64,000 nucleotides of DNA. Origin: Candidatus Altiarchaeales archaeon. GTDB lineage: Archaea > Altiarchaeota > Altiarchaeia > IMC4 > QMZM01. Location: assembly GCA_963749405.1 (NCBI GenBank), contig CAVVMY010000016.1, forward strand, positions 16,414 to 80,413, read 5' to 3'. Shown here in pieces: positions 28,005 to 36,494 of the stretch. Position 1 is the stretch's first letter. Every line of letters starts with the position of its first letter. A program made the translations under genes and the position numbers. Under the pieces are notes generated by a model, which did not search any database, was not told where the DNA came from, and saw only the letters and a program-made list of their open reading frames with translations.

Positions 28005-29187
28005 TCTCACCAGATTCCTTGTTCGTGGTAACGATACCACCCATTGCTGCCGAATAGTCTATAGACAGCGACACATCATATGGGTCTCCTGTTTTCTTAG
28101 GCGGACATGAAGCAGTTATCGTGATCACCTCACCGGACCTTAACCTTAGGTTGCCGCCGGTTGAGAAATCCTTGCCGTTGACAGTTATTCCTTGACAATT
28201 TTGGCCATCGGATGTGCCGATTGAGACTGAGGTGATGTTCATCACGACCCCTGCCGCATTGTCAAGGGCGATTTCGTAGCTTCCATTGGATTCATAGTAA
28301 ATCGTCGGCGCAAGGGGTTGTAGCCTCTCAAAGCCTGTTGTGGTCGTCGGATAATTTGCTCCGTTGACACCCTTACTCAGGTCCTCCGGTGGAATTACGT
28401 CACTTGTGTATCCTGTTTCGGCCTGGCCGCTTATATGCCCAGTGTCAGTATGAGTCGAGGGAACGCCGCCAATCGTCGTATTGTATGTAATCGTGACGAT
28501 AAGATCGTATGTTTCCCCTTCATTTTTCTGTCCGCAGTCTCCTTGGACTGTGAAGGCGTTGCCGGCCCGGACAACTTGCTCGTTCAATGGTTCAACCGAG
28601 CAGTCTGTTCCGGAGATGGCGTCTTTTACGCTGACATTGGTTATAGTAATAGTCGTACCTAATGCGTTCGTAAACATGGCAGTGAATGTTGAGCCGCTAT
28701 ACGCTATGGCCGGAATCAAAGGCTGCATCTTGACAAATCCTGTGACAACTTGGCCGGTCTGTCCTGCGTTGAAGATTCCAAGCTGCCAGAGAGCTACGCC
28801 GAAAACCATGAGTCCAAAGTATAATATCCCGCCTATCACCACATTTGCAGCAAAGACTATCACAAACGCTAATGCGGCGTTTTTCCAGTCTGCGTCATAG
28901 AATCTTTTTATCAGGTATATGTAAAGGAGAATACCTATCAGGGACACGAGGAGCATCAGTATAAGGCTGAGAAGAGGTACGCCAATCAAGTAGGGTACAT
29001 ATGATGCAACCACTAATAAACACATCACGGCTGTGTAAGCCAGAACCGTGGAAACCGCTGTCTTGTAGTCCTGTTTCTTTAATTTAAGCAGCTTTGATGC
29101 AATCCAGAGGAACGCTGAATTCAAAAGCACATGTATCACGAAAACAACTAAGGCTATGCCCAGCAAGAAAATAATGTCGTTATTCAT
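27982..29187 (-). CDS. membrane protein with N-terminal polytopic domain fused to a pilin-like domain
   Basis: Central segment FGVALWQLGIFNAGQTGQVVTGFVKMQPLIPAIAYSGSTFTAMFTNALGT is homologous to the mature N-terminus of the pilins at 55.2-57.2 kb (VLWQLGVFNSGQGAPV(E/G)TGFVRLNPLMPSVVYKTTAFNATFTNNVG). Confidence 0.5.
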   Translation of the reverse strand: MNNDIIFLLGIALVVFVIHVLLNSAFLWIASKLLKLKKQDYKTAVSTVLAYTAVMCLLVVASYVPYLIGVPLLSLILMLLVSLIGILLYIYLIKRFYDADWKNAALAFVIVFAANVVIGGILYFGLMVFGVALWQLGIFNAGQTGQVVTGFVKMQPLIPAIAYSGSTFTAMFTNALGTTITITNVSVKDAISGTDCSVEPLNEQVVRAGNAFTVQGDCGQKNEGETYDLIVTITYNTTIGGVPSTHTDTGHISGQAETGYTSDVIPPEDLSKGVNGANYPTTTTGFERLQPLAPTIYYESNGSYEIALDNAAGVVMNITSVSIGTSDGQNCQGITVNGKDFSTGGNLRLRSGEVITITASCPPKKTGDPYDVSLSIDYSAAMGGIVTTNKESGEITGGVEF

Positions 29188-29223
29188 TTTTAATCGATTA
29201 ACAATATGTTTCAGACTTTAAAT

Positions 29224-30054
29224 TTATGCGCTCGCATTGCCTGAAACGTAGCCGTTCTCGAAAAAAAGAGAGGATAGATTGCTTGATGGGGCATATTGTA
29301 TCTCAATCGCGAATTCATATGGATCGCCGGCCGATATGTTAGCGGCAGGGCATGCTGCATTCAGCGCGAACGTGCCGTTAACTTCCACGGTCTCTCCCGG
29401 AGCGGGCGAAGTAATGTTGCAGTCTGCTCCTGCGTTTAGGTCCAATGCTTCCACGGATTCGATTTTTATCGCATCGTTCATCCAGTTCCTGAAACTCACT
29501 GAGAATGCGGAGCTGGAGGCATTATAGATTCCGGAATCGACTGGCTGCACGTCCCACCATCCGGTCAGTTGCAGGCCGCCGCTCTGGTCGTATATGCCTA
29601 GCATCGACGCTAGGAAACTGTAGGCTGTAAGCAGCATAGCGAGAAGCATAATTGTAAATAACCACGCAACTATTATAAGATATACTGCTGTGAGAAAGCC
29701 GTACAGTGTCTTTTTCATGCTTTCCCCGTATAGGGCTTTCATCCTCTGAAGGATGAATGAGGTCTTTATTATGAAGACCAGGCTGATTGGCAGCAGCAGG
29801 CGCAGGCCTTTGCTTAGGATATCCTGCAGAGAAGGCGCAGATATGTAGATGGCAAGGATGAAGGGGGCTGCGACGATGAGCCCGACTTTTAGAGAGTATA
29901 ACGCGATTTGTCTGGGGATTTTTCTGTCTTTTTTTCGGTATCTGAAAATCCATGATGCCGCCCAGACGCATCCTGAGACTATAAGATAATCCGCCAACGA
30001 TAAGATAATTAATGCCGCGACTATGGTTGCTATGGTGGGGTCTATTTCTGTCAT
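29224..30054 (-). CDS. membrane protein with polytopic N-terminal domain and pilin-like C-terminal beta domain
   Basis: 4-5 TM helices then GWWDVQPVDSGIYNASSSAFSVSFRNWMND..., the same architecture as the neighbouring 401 aa protein. Confidence 0.45.
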   Translation of the reverse strand: MTEIDPTIATIVAALIILSLADYLIVSGCVWAASWIFRYRKKDRKIPRQIALYSLKVGLIVAAPFILAIYISAPSLQDILSKGLRLLLPISLVFIIKTSFILQRMKALYGESMKKTLYGFLTAVYLIIVAWLFTIMLLAMLLTAYSFLASMLGIYDQSGGLQLTGWWDVQPVDSGIYNASSSAFSVSFRNWMNDAIKIESVEALDLNAGADCNITSPAPGETVEVNGTFALNAACPAANISAGDPYEFAIEIQYAPSSNLSSLFFENGYVSGNASA

Positions 30055-30057
30055 AGA

Positions 30058-30555
30058 TCATTCAAGGGATCTTATTTTCTCCGTTCCTTTGATTTTTTTC
30101 AGTATCGTCCGCGTTCCTTCCGGGACAAGATGCTGCCACTTTTCATTGGCCAGTATCCTTCGCCGGATCTCGGTTCCGGAATATTTGTCCCTGTTGAACA
30201 GGCCGGTTGCATGGACCCTGTAGCCTGCTTTTGCGAAGAGCTCCCGCTCCAGTTCGCCGTTGGTATAGACTACGTCGTATTTGGGCACGATTTTTTCCAC
30301 ATGAGCCACCCAGAGGTCGTTATTCCCTATGTCCGGGATATCATATACCAAAATCTTCCGGCGTATGCCTTTTACGGACTCCGTTATCATCGCCCTTCTT
30401 TCTTCCGATGTGAATGGGTTGTCTTTTTTGCGGGAGACTTGCGAGCTTCCGATCCCTATGAGTATGTGATCTGCTTCTTTTGCTGCCTCCTCTAGGAGCA
30501 GGAGATGCCCCAGATGGAAGGGCTGGAATCTTCCTATTATGAGCGCGGTTGTCAT
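30058..30555 (-). CDS. nadM: nicotinamide-nucleotide adenylyltransferase (archaeal NadM type)
   Basis: ALIIGRFQPFHLGHLLLLEEAAKEADHILIGIGSSQ is the (H/T)xGH nucleotidyltransferase signature. Start is set at the internal Met (30555) because the longer ORF overlaps the divergent herA start region. Confidence 0.8.
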   Translation of the reverse strand: MTTALIIGRFQPFHLGHLLLLEEAAKEADHILIGIGSSQVSRKKDNPFTSEERRAMITESVKGIRRKILVYDIPDIGNNDLWVAHVEKIVPKYDVVYTNGELERELFAKAGYRVHATGLFNRDKYSGTEIRRRILANEKWQHLVPEGTRTILKKIKGTEKIRSLE

Positions 30556-30609
30556 TTCTTTTGGCGTCGTTACATAATTTATGCCCGCAAGTTTAATACA
30601 TCTATTGGG

Positions 30610-32131
30610 ATGGAGATAGGGCAGGTCATAGGGGCTACGACGCTTAGGGGTTTTAGGTTCGTCATAAAAGAGGGCATGGAAAAGCATGTTAAGCGCGGCG
30701 AATTCGTGTCCGTGAAGGAAGCAGTCACGGGAAACGAAGTTCTGGGCATAATAAAAGAGATCACTATAAGTAACGAGCTTCTGCCTGACGAATTCGGACG
30801 GGATCTGCGCATAGGCGACATCGTCCTCAATGAGGGGGAGTACCCGGTTCCAACTGTTAAGATCCTCGGCTACGAAGACGGGGAGGGCCTTGAGCTTCCA
30901 CGCCACGGCATAAAGCCCGGCTCCTCGGTTGAGCTTGTGGAGGATGACGTGCTTAAGAAAATCCTTTGGCAGGATGACAATAAATCGGCTTGCATAGGCT
31001 CTGTTTCTACAAGGGAGAACGTTCCGGTCTATGTATCAATCAACGACATCATCTCCAGGCATTGCGCCGTGCTGGCCATGACGGGTTCAGGGAAAAGCTA
31101 CACAGTCGGCGTCCTCATAGAAGAACTTTTGAAAAAGAAGGGCGCACTTATCGTATTTGACCCCCACGGCGAATATAAGAACATATTAGTTGACGGTGCG
31201 GACACCAAGGTATACGGAGTCAAGGGAGGAAGCAAGATAAGGATAGAGACATCATCTCTCAGAACAGGCGACTACGCAAACCTCATACCAGACCTCACAG
31301 AGCCGCAGAGAGACTTACTGGATGAGACGGTAAGCCTCGCAGGCAAGTTCTACGAAAAATACGATTTCGAAAACGTCAAAAACATCCTCTCATGCGTATA
31401 TGACGTAAAAGACGGAAGAGAGATCATAACGGATATGATCCCTGAGAACACGTTGAAGGAACTGGCCAAGAAGGTAAGCCTCTCCACGGTCGGGGCGCTT
31501 ATCAGAAGACTGGATCGCCTGGCCAGGATGGGAGTATTTGAGATGGAGGGAACGCCTCTTGAGGAGATCGTGTCCGTAAACCAGACTCACTGTGATAGAC
31601 CTGAGCGACTCGGATGAAAGGCTGTCTGAGACTATCATAGCGGTGCTCTGCCGTAAGATCTTCGATGCCCGGAAGCAGTATGTGAAAGACGGGGAGGGAA
31701 GCTTTAGGACTCCGACATTCATCATCGTGGAAGAGGCGCACAACTTCGCCCCGCGCGCAACAGAGGAAAGACAGATAATTTCAAGAGGCATTTTGAAAAG
31801 GATAGCGCGCGAGGGAAGAAAATTCGGCGTAGGCCTGTGCATAGTAAGCCAGAGGCCGAGCAAACTCGACTCCGACGTATTATCGCAGTGCAATACCCAG
31901 ATAATAATGAAGATAGTAAACCCGGCAGACCAGGAATACATAAGACAATCAGTGGAAAGCGTTACAGAGGACGTGGTAAAAGACCTGCCAGCGCTGGCAA
32001 GAGGGGAAGCCATAATATCCGGATCAGCTATACGGCTCTCAGTCCCTGTCAAGGTAAGGCACAGGACGACAGCAGTCGGAGGAGAAGACATCGACATCGT
32101 AGGAGAATGGATGAAGAACTCAAAAAACTAA
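30610..32131 (+). CDS. herA: HerA-like FtsK/HerA-family ATPase (DUF87), interrupted by frameshift near 31580-31595
   Basis: N-terminal HAS-barrel-like region and Walker A (AVLAMTGSGKSYTVGVLIEELL) in ORF 30505-31617. Walker B (TFIIVEEAHNF) and the C-terminal sensor (CIVSQRPSKLDSDVLSQCNTQIIMKI) are in ORF 31592-32131, in another frame. Confidence 0.7.
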
Positions 32132-32364
32132 GGAAGGAAATAGACCAAATCGACAGAGAAATACTGGCCTCGGTCGAGAAACGGATAGAGACCGCAGGAA
32201 GAATCGGCGCACTCAAGAAAAAGAAGGACCTGCCGATTTCCGATCCTGCCAGGGAGAAAGAGGTCTTGGACAATGCCGCGAAGAGCACCAAATTGGACCA
32301 AAAGTTCGTAAAGGGTCTTTTTTCTTCCATTATCGATTACTGTAAACATGAAGAGCAGAAATAG
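32107..32364 (+). CDS. chorismate mutase (AroQ class)
   Basis: MDEELKKLRKEIDQIDREILASVEKR... is typical of an 85 aa AroQ. Start is taken at the internal ATG of ORF 31837-32364. Confidence 0.75.
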   Translation: MDEELKKLRKEIDQIDREILASVEKRIETAGRIGALKKKKDLPISDPAREKEVLDNAAKSTKLDQKFVKGLFSSIIDYCKHEEQK

Positions 32365-33148
32365 CGTCGCTGTCCTCGGACCCGCCGGAACATTTACCGA
32401 GGAAGCGGCAAAAAAGATTTTCCCGGAAATGGAAGTTGCACACTGCGACACCGTAGAGGATGTCTTCGAAGCAGTCAGCAAGGGAACAGAATACGGCGTA
32501 GTAGCAGTAGAAAACTCTTTGGAGGGCTCTGTAAACACCACTATGGACTGCCTCCTGGAATATGACGTAAAAATATGCAAAGAGTACGTAATGGACATAC
32601 ACCTGTGCATGATAGGACTGCCCGGCAAAAGGAAAGAGGAAATAAAGACGATAATATCGCACCCGCATTCCTTCGGCCAATGCAGAAAATTCCTCAAAGG
32701 AAACTACCCGAAAGCTGCGCTGAAAAGGTATAACAGCAACACAGCAGCCATAAAAGAGCTGGCCGATCTGAGACCCACGGGTGTCGCAGCCATCGGCCCT
32801 GAAGCTGCTGCAAAATTGTACGGCCTTGAAATATTACAAACCGGAATCGAAGATGCGCCCAGCCAGACGCGCTTTGCCGCCATCTCAAAGAAAGAATGCT
32901 CCGGAAAAAAGACATCCATAATATTCGCATTAAAAGACCGCCCAGGCGCACTATACAGCGCACTCAAGGACTTCGCGGACAACGGCATAAACCTGACAAA
33001 AATAGAGTCCCGCCCGGCGAAAAAGAAGCTCGGAGAATACAGTTTTTTCATAGACTTCGAAGGGTCTCTCGCAGACGGAAACGTGAAGAAGGCTCTTGCA
33101 TCCCTAAAGGAAAAAACAACATTCCTGAAAGAGCTGGGCAGTTACTAA
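32348..33148 (+). CDS. pheA: prephenate dehydratase with C-terminal ACT domain
   Basis: 266 aa with a PDT domain (VAVLGPAGTFTEEAA ... TRFAAI) and a C-terminal ACT regulatory domain. Confidence 0.85.
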   Translation: MKSRNSVAVLGPAGTFTEEAAKKIFPEMEVAHCDTVEDVFEAVSKGTEYGVVAVENSLEGSVNTTMDCLLEYDVKICKEYVMDIHLCMIGLPGKRKEEIKTIISHPHSFGQCRKFLKGNYPKAALKRYNSNTAAIKELADLRPTGVAAIGPEAAAKLYGLEILQTGIEDAPSQTRFAAISKKECSGKKTSIIFALKDRPGALYSALKDFADNGINLTKIESRPAKKKLGEYSFFIDFEGSLADGNVKKALASLKEKTTFLKELGSY

Positions 33149-33187
33149 AAAAAATCTAATATATAACCTGCGACTAATACGTAAGCA

Positions 33188-33952
33188 ATGAAAAAAGACC
33201 TCACAGTTTTACTCTTAGCAGCATCTATTGTCTGCCTCACTATAACGGCTTGGGCAGATTTGTCATTGAACAACTCCATAAGTAACGACCCTCTAAACGA
33301 TATAATGCAGAGAATAAACGGCGTAGCATGCATCTTCTTCACAGTGATAACATACCTGGCCTCATCAATTGCGGCCTTGGTCATAGTATATGCAGGCTTA
33401 AAATACATGTCATCAGGCGGCGGCGACACAGCATCAAATGCCAAGAACATGATTATCTACGCCGTCATCGGCCTGGCATTAGTCATACTCGCATGCCCGA
33501 TAGTCGACTACCTGATCATTGACACAAAGATAGTGCCATTCGAAAAAACATGCAACTGCTGGATGGGAGGCTCTGTAGTCCCTGGAACGACCACGACAAC
33601 TATCGTTTCATACTGCGTAGACGGAACCCCTGAAGGCCAGTGTTCTGTTACGCCAGCATACATTGGCTATAAATGCATCCTGAGCCCAACCAACGCCTAT
33701 GTTCTTGTCCTGGATTCCACCTGCGGAACCCCTTCCTCTTCGAGCACTACAATTACATCTACGTCTACAACGGTTTCTACAACATCCTCAACCACGACAA
33801 CCACCCTGACAGACCAGGGATGGTGCCACCAGGCGGAGGTAGACGGATTATGCCCAGGCCTCAATGTGCTAAGGCCGAACTATGAACAAGATTGCTGCAA
33901 TGAGTGGAGATGCTGCTGTACACCGGCGACTGGAACATGCACAGCTCCCTAA
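33188..33952 (+). CDS. secreted/membrane Thr- and Cys-rich protein with N-terminal VirB2/TrbC-pilin-like topology
   Basis: Signal peptide, then two long hydrophobic helices (ACIFFTVITYLASSIAALVIVYAGL ... IIYAVIGLALVILACPIV), then Thr-rich and CC/CCC-rich C-terminal region. Confidence 0.4.
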   Translation: MKKDLTVLLLAASIVCLTITAWADLSLNNSISNDPLNDIMQRINGVACIFFTVITYLASSIAALVIVYAGLKYMSSGGGDTASNAKNMIIYAVIGLALVILACPIVDYLIIDTKIVPFEKTCNCWMGGSVVPGTTTTTIVSYCVDGTPEGQCSVTPAYIGYKCILSPTNAYVLVLDSTCGTPSSSSTTITSTSTTVSTTSSTTTTTLTDQGWCHQAEVDGLCPGLNVLRPNYEQDCCNEWRCCCTPATGTCTAP

Positions 33953-33989
33953 AGTATTTATACTGGCTTGGTAAATAGTTAATGATAAA

Positions 33990-34269
33990 ATGGATAAAAG
34001 AATCATTGTGGGTATTCTATTGTTATCTGTGCTTCTTTTCCCTCTTTGCACGGAGAATAAAGGTACAACTGCGGAAACAAAGAGCCCGGTAACTACTGCA
34101 GCCGGACAGGAACAGCCCGCGACAACAGACTGTGATACCTCTTACAGAAATCCAACAGGAATCATGCACCTCAGCAGACCAAGGAGGAACATGCGAGTCA
34201 AAATTGAAAGAACTGGACATAGTATCATTGGAAGACTGCTGCAAATACCTCGGCAAATGCTGTCAATGA
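33990..34269 (+). CDS. small secreted Cys-rich protein, interrupted by +1 frameshift near 34155
   Basis: Signal peptide MDKRIIVGILLLSVLLFPLC and a Thr-rich segment in frame 1. The Cys-rich tail EIQQESCTSADQGGTCESKLKELDIVSLEDCCKYLGKCCQ is in the +1 frame. There is an extra A in tacagAaatcc. Confidence 0.35.
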
Positions 34270-34275
34270 AGGAAA

Positions 34276-36381
34276 ATGGATACAAAAACATTGACTCTGG
34301 GGATATTTCTAATGATGTTTACAATGCTAACCCCTATCGTGCTGGCGGATGATGCTACTTGCCCTTATGACGCGGATTACAAATTCGTCCTGCAGAAGGC
34401 ATTGATAAACTACTTTGAAAACCCGCAGAACAGTCTGATACAAAAGGAAGACCTGATAAAAATGCTAAACTTTTATCTGAGCCAGTCTACGATAACCAAT
34501 GCAGATTGCTCGCAGGGGGATATAACTTCCCTGCTTTCCCAAGCAGACGACGGGATATCCGACGAGGTCCTGTCAGCGCTCAAATGTTCAGGCAGCAACT
34601 GCAACCTTCCAAAATGCGATGCCTGCGCAGACGGGACCGCCTGCGGAGGGACAAATGACAGGAACCAGACTTGCTCCTGCACAGACATAGACGGAGACGG
34701 CCAGTCGGAGTTCTGCCACCTGAAGCCTGTGCGGCCTACCTGGCCGACGTGCGACATGTGCTATGACGGAACCGCCTGCGGAGACGATAACCCATACAAT
34801 CAGACATGCATCTGCAAAGACATAAATAACGACAACAACAATGAATACTGCTTCCTCCAAGCCTCAAACCAACAAGTCAATTCAACCCTGGTAGGTTCAT
34901 GGTCTACCTGCGACACATGTCCTGACGGAACAGCATGCGGTCAGACCAACGCAAACGGGAATGCATGCATCTGCTATGACAAGAGACGTAACGGCAGCTA
35001 TTCGCACTGCATGATGAAATGCGACTCATGCAGCGACGGAACACAATGCGGAGACACAAACCAGAACAATGAACTATGCGGATGCAGAATAAGGTCGCAC
35101 TATGGCCAATTCCGCGAATGTGAACTGATGTGCGACCAATGCAGCGACGGAACAGAGTGCTGGCGCAGGAACAGCCAAGGAGACAGATGCATCTGCACCG
35201 GATACTACGGCCGCGGCGGCTACTATAATCAATGCAACATAAACTCAAACACAACGACAACAACAGCAGTCACAACCACAATCATAGGCACGACAACAAC
35301 AGGAGTCACAACCACCACTCTTGCCACAACAACAACCACAATCATAGGCACGACAACAACGACATCGATTACAACGACGACATCAGTTACAACTACGACT
35401 TCAATTGTCACAACCACAAGCATAGGCACGACAACAACAGAACTCACGACCACCACCCTTGCCACAACCACAACCACATCCGGGACAACTACGACAACTC
35501 AGACAGTAAGCTGCGACCCTGAATCGCTTGCCAAGGCGGTCAGCATGAGCGAGATGTACGGTTGGGAGCAGGCCATAGCAGTACCTAGGGAATTCTGTAC
35601 AACACCTGATGCAAATATGGCCACATACATGGCCAACCAGATGACTGCCATCGGCCTGACCAATGTGCATACTGAGACTTTCCCGGTATCGTTCACCGAT
35701 TCCCGCTACGGTCCGGGTACTATCACAGGCACGGGCATAAACGTTGTTGGAGACCTGGGCAACGGATCCACGATAATCGTAATCGGAGCACATCACGACG
35801 CAGTTCCCCCAAACTGCACTGGCGCAGTTGATAACGGCGCAGGCAGCGCAGGCATACTTGAAGTGGCCAAGACGCTTATGGCCTGCAAAGACAGCATAAA
35901 AAGTTACACGCTCCGCTTCGTATCATTCGACGGCGAAGAAGCCAACGGAGACTACTGGGGATCCCACGCCTATGTGAACGCCCACACCCATGACAACAAT
36001 CCGACAATGATAAACATCGACTGCCTAGGCGACACGCACGACCAAGGATTGACAGTCTACACATCCAGCTCCAGCGTATCTCTATCAACTTCGGCAACAA
36101 AAGCCTGCACATACATGAAAACACTTGGTATGACAGTCTGTAACCTGAACGTAGCCGGCAACAGCATAGAAAGCGATCCATATTCTTTCTACAATGCAGG
36201 AAAAGAGTATATCTACCCCATAGACGACACCGAATGCGGAACTACGCTAAGCGGTACTAACGACTGCAACCACTGTGTCAACTGCGCAGACGACCTGAGC
36301 TCGAGCAACTTCGACGAGAACAAGATGGTCTGGGGCGTACAATACGTAGTCTATATAGTGGCGGATTCGTATTTTAAATAA
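34276..36381 (+). CDS. secreted M28-family zinc peptidase with N-terminal Cys-rich repeats and Thr-rich linker
   Basis: Signal peptide, then six CD(x)CxDGTxCG(x)TN...C repeats, then an 85 aa T-rich linker, then an M28 domain (GAHHDAV...DNGAGSAGILEVA...FVSFDGEEANGDYWGSHAY). Confidence 0.7.
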   Translation: MDTKTLTLGIFLMMFTMLTPIVLADDATCPYDADYKFVLQKALINYFENPQNSLIQKEDLIKMLNFYLSQSTITNADCSQGDITSLLSQADDGISDEVLSALKCSGSNCNLPKCDACADGTACGGTNDRNQTCSCTDIDGDGQSEFCHLKPVRPTWPTCDMCYDGTACGDDNPYNQTCICKDINNDNNNEYCFLQASNQQVNSTLVGSWSTCDTCPDGTACGQTNANGNACICYDKRRNGSYSHCMMKCDSCSDGTQCGDTNQNNELCGCRIRSHYGQFRECELMCDQCSDGTECWRRNSQGDRCICTGYYGRGGYYNQCNINSNTTTTTAVTTTIIGTTTTGVTTTTLATTTTTIIGTTTTTSITTTTSVTTTTSIVTTTSIGTTTTELTTTTLATTTTTSGTTTTTQTVSCDPESLAKAVSMSEMYGWEQAIAVPREFCTTPDANMATYMANQMTAIGLTNVHTETFPVSFTDSRYGPGTITGTGINVVGDLGNGSTIIVIGAHHDAVPPNCTGAVDNGAGSAGILEVAKTLMACKDSIKSYTLRFVSFDGEEANGDYWGSHAYVNAHTHDNNPTMINIDCLGDTHDQGLTVYTSSSSVSLSTSATKACTYMKTLGMTVCNLNVAGNSIESDPYSFYNAGKEYIYPIDDTECGTTLSGTNDCNHCVNCADDLSSSNFDENKMVWGVQYVVYIVADSYFK
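35229..35500 (+). repeat. tandem DNA repeats (about 63-69 bp units) encoding the Thr-rich linker
   Basis: ACAACCACAATCATAGGCACGACAACAAC recurs at about 35271, 35334 and 35410 with variants, encoding (T)nIIGTTTT units. Confidence 0.5.
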
Positions 36382-36494
36382 TCCGTCCTGACAGATAGAC
36401 TATTTCTTTTTTTATCTTTTTTCTTGTTCGCAGCCTTCGTTCTGATTGTATTATTGCCAAAGAAATCCCATACATACCACATAGCAGCCTAAAA

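Noticed and set aside
30556-30906. N-terminal 117 aa extension of the NadM ORF
   Set aside because: The extension overlaps the divergent herA N-terminus and shows no NMNAT similarity. Canonical archaeal NadM (about 170 aa) begins at the internal Met.
35229-35522. Possible CRISPR-like or other repeat array in the ACAACCACAATCATAGGCACGACAACAAC repeats
   Set aside because: The repeats lie in-frame within the peptidase gene and encode a Thr-rich linker. There are no spacer-like unique intervals. No CRISPR array was seen anywhere in the window.
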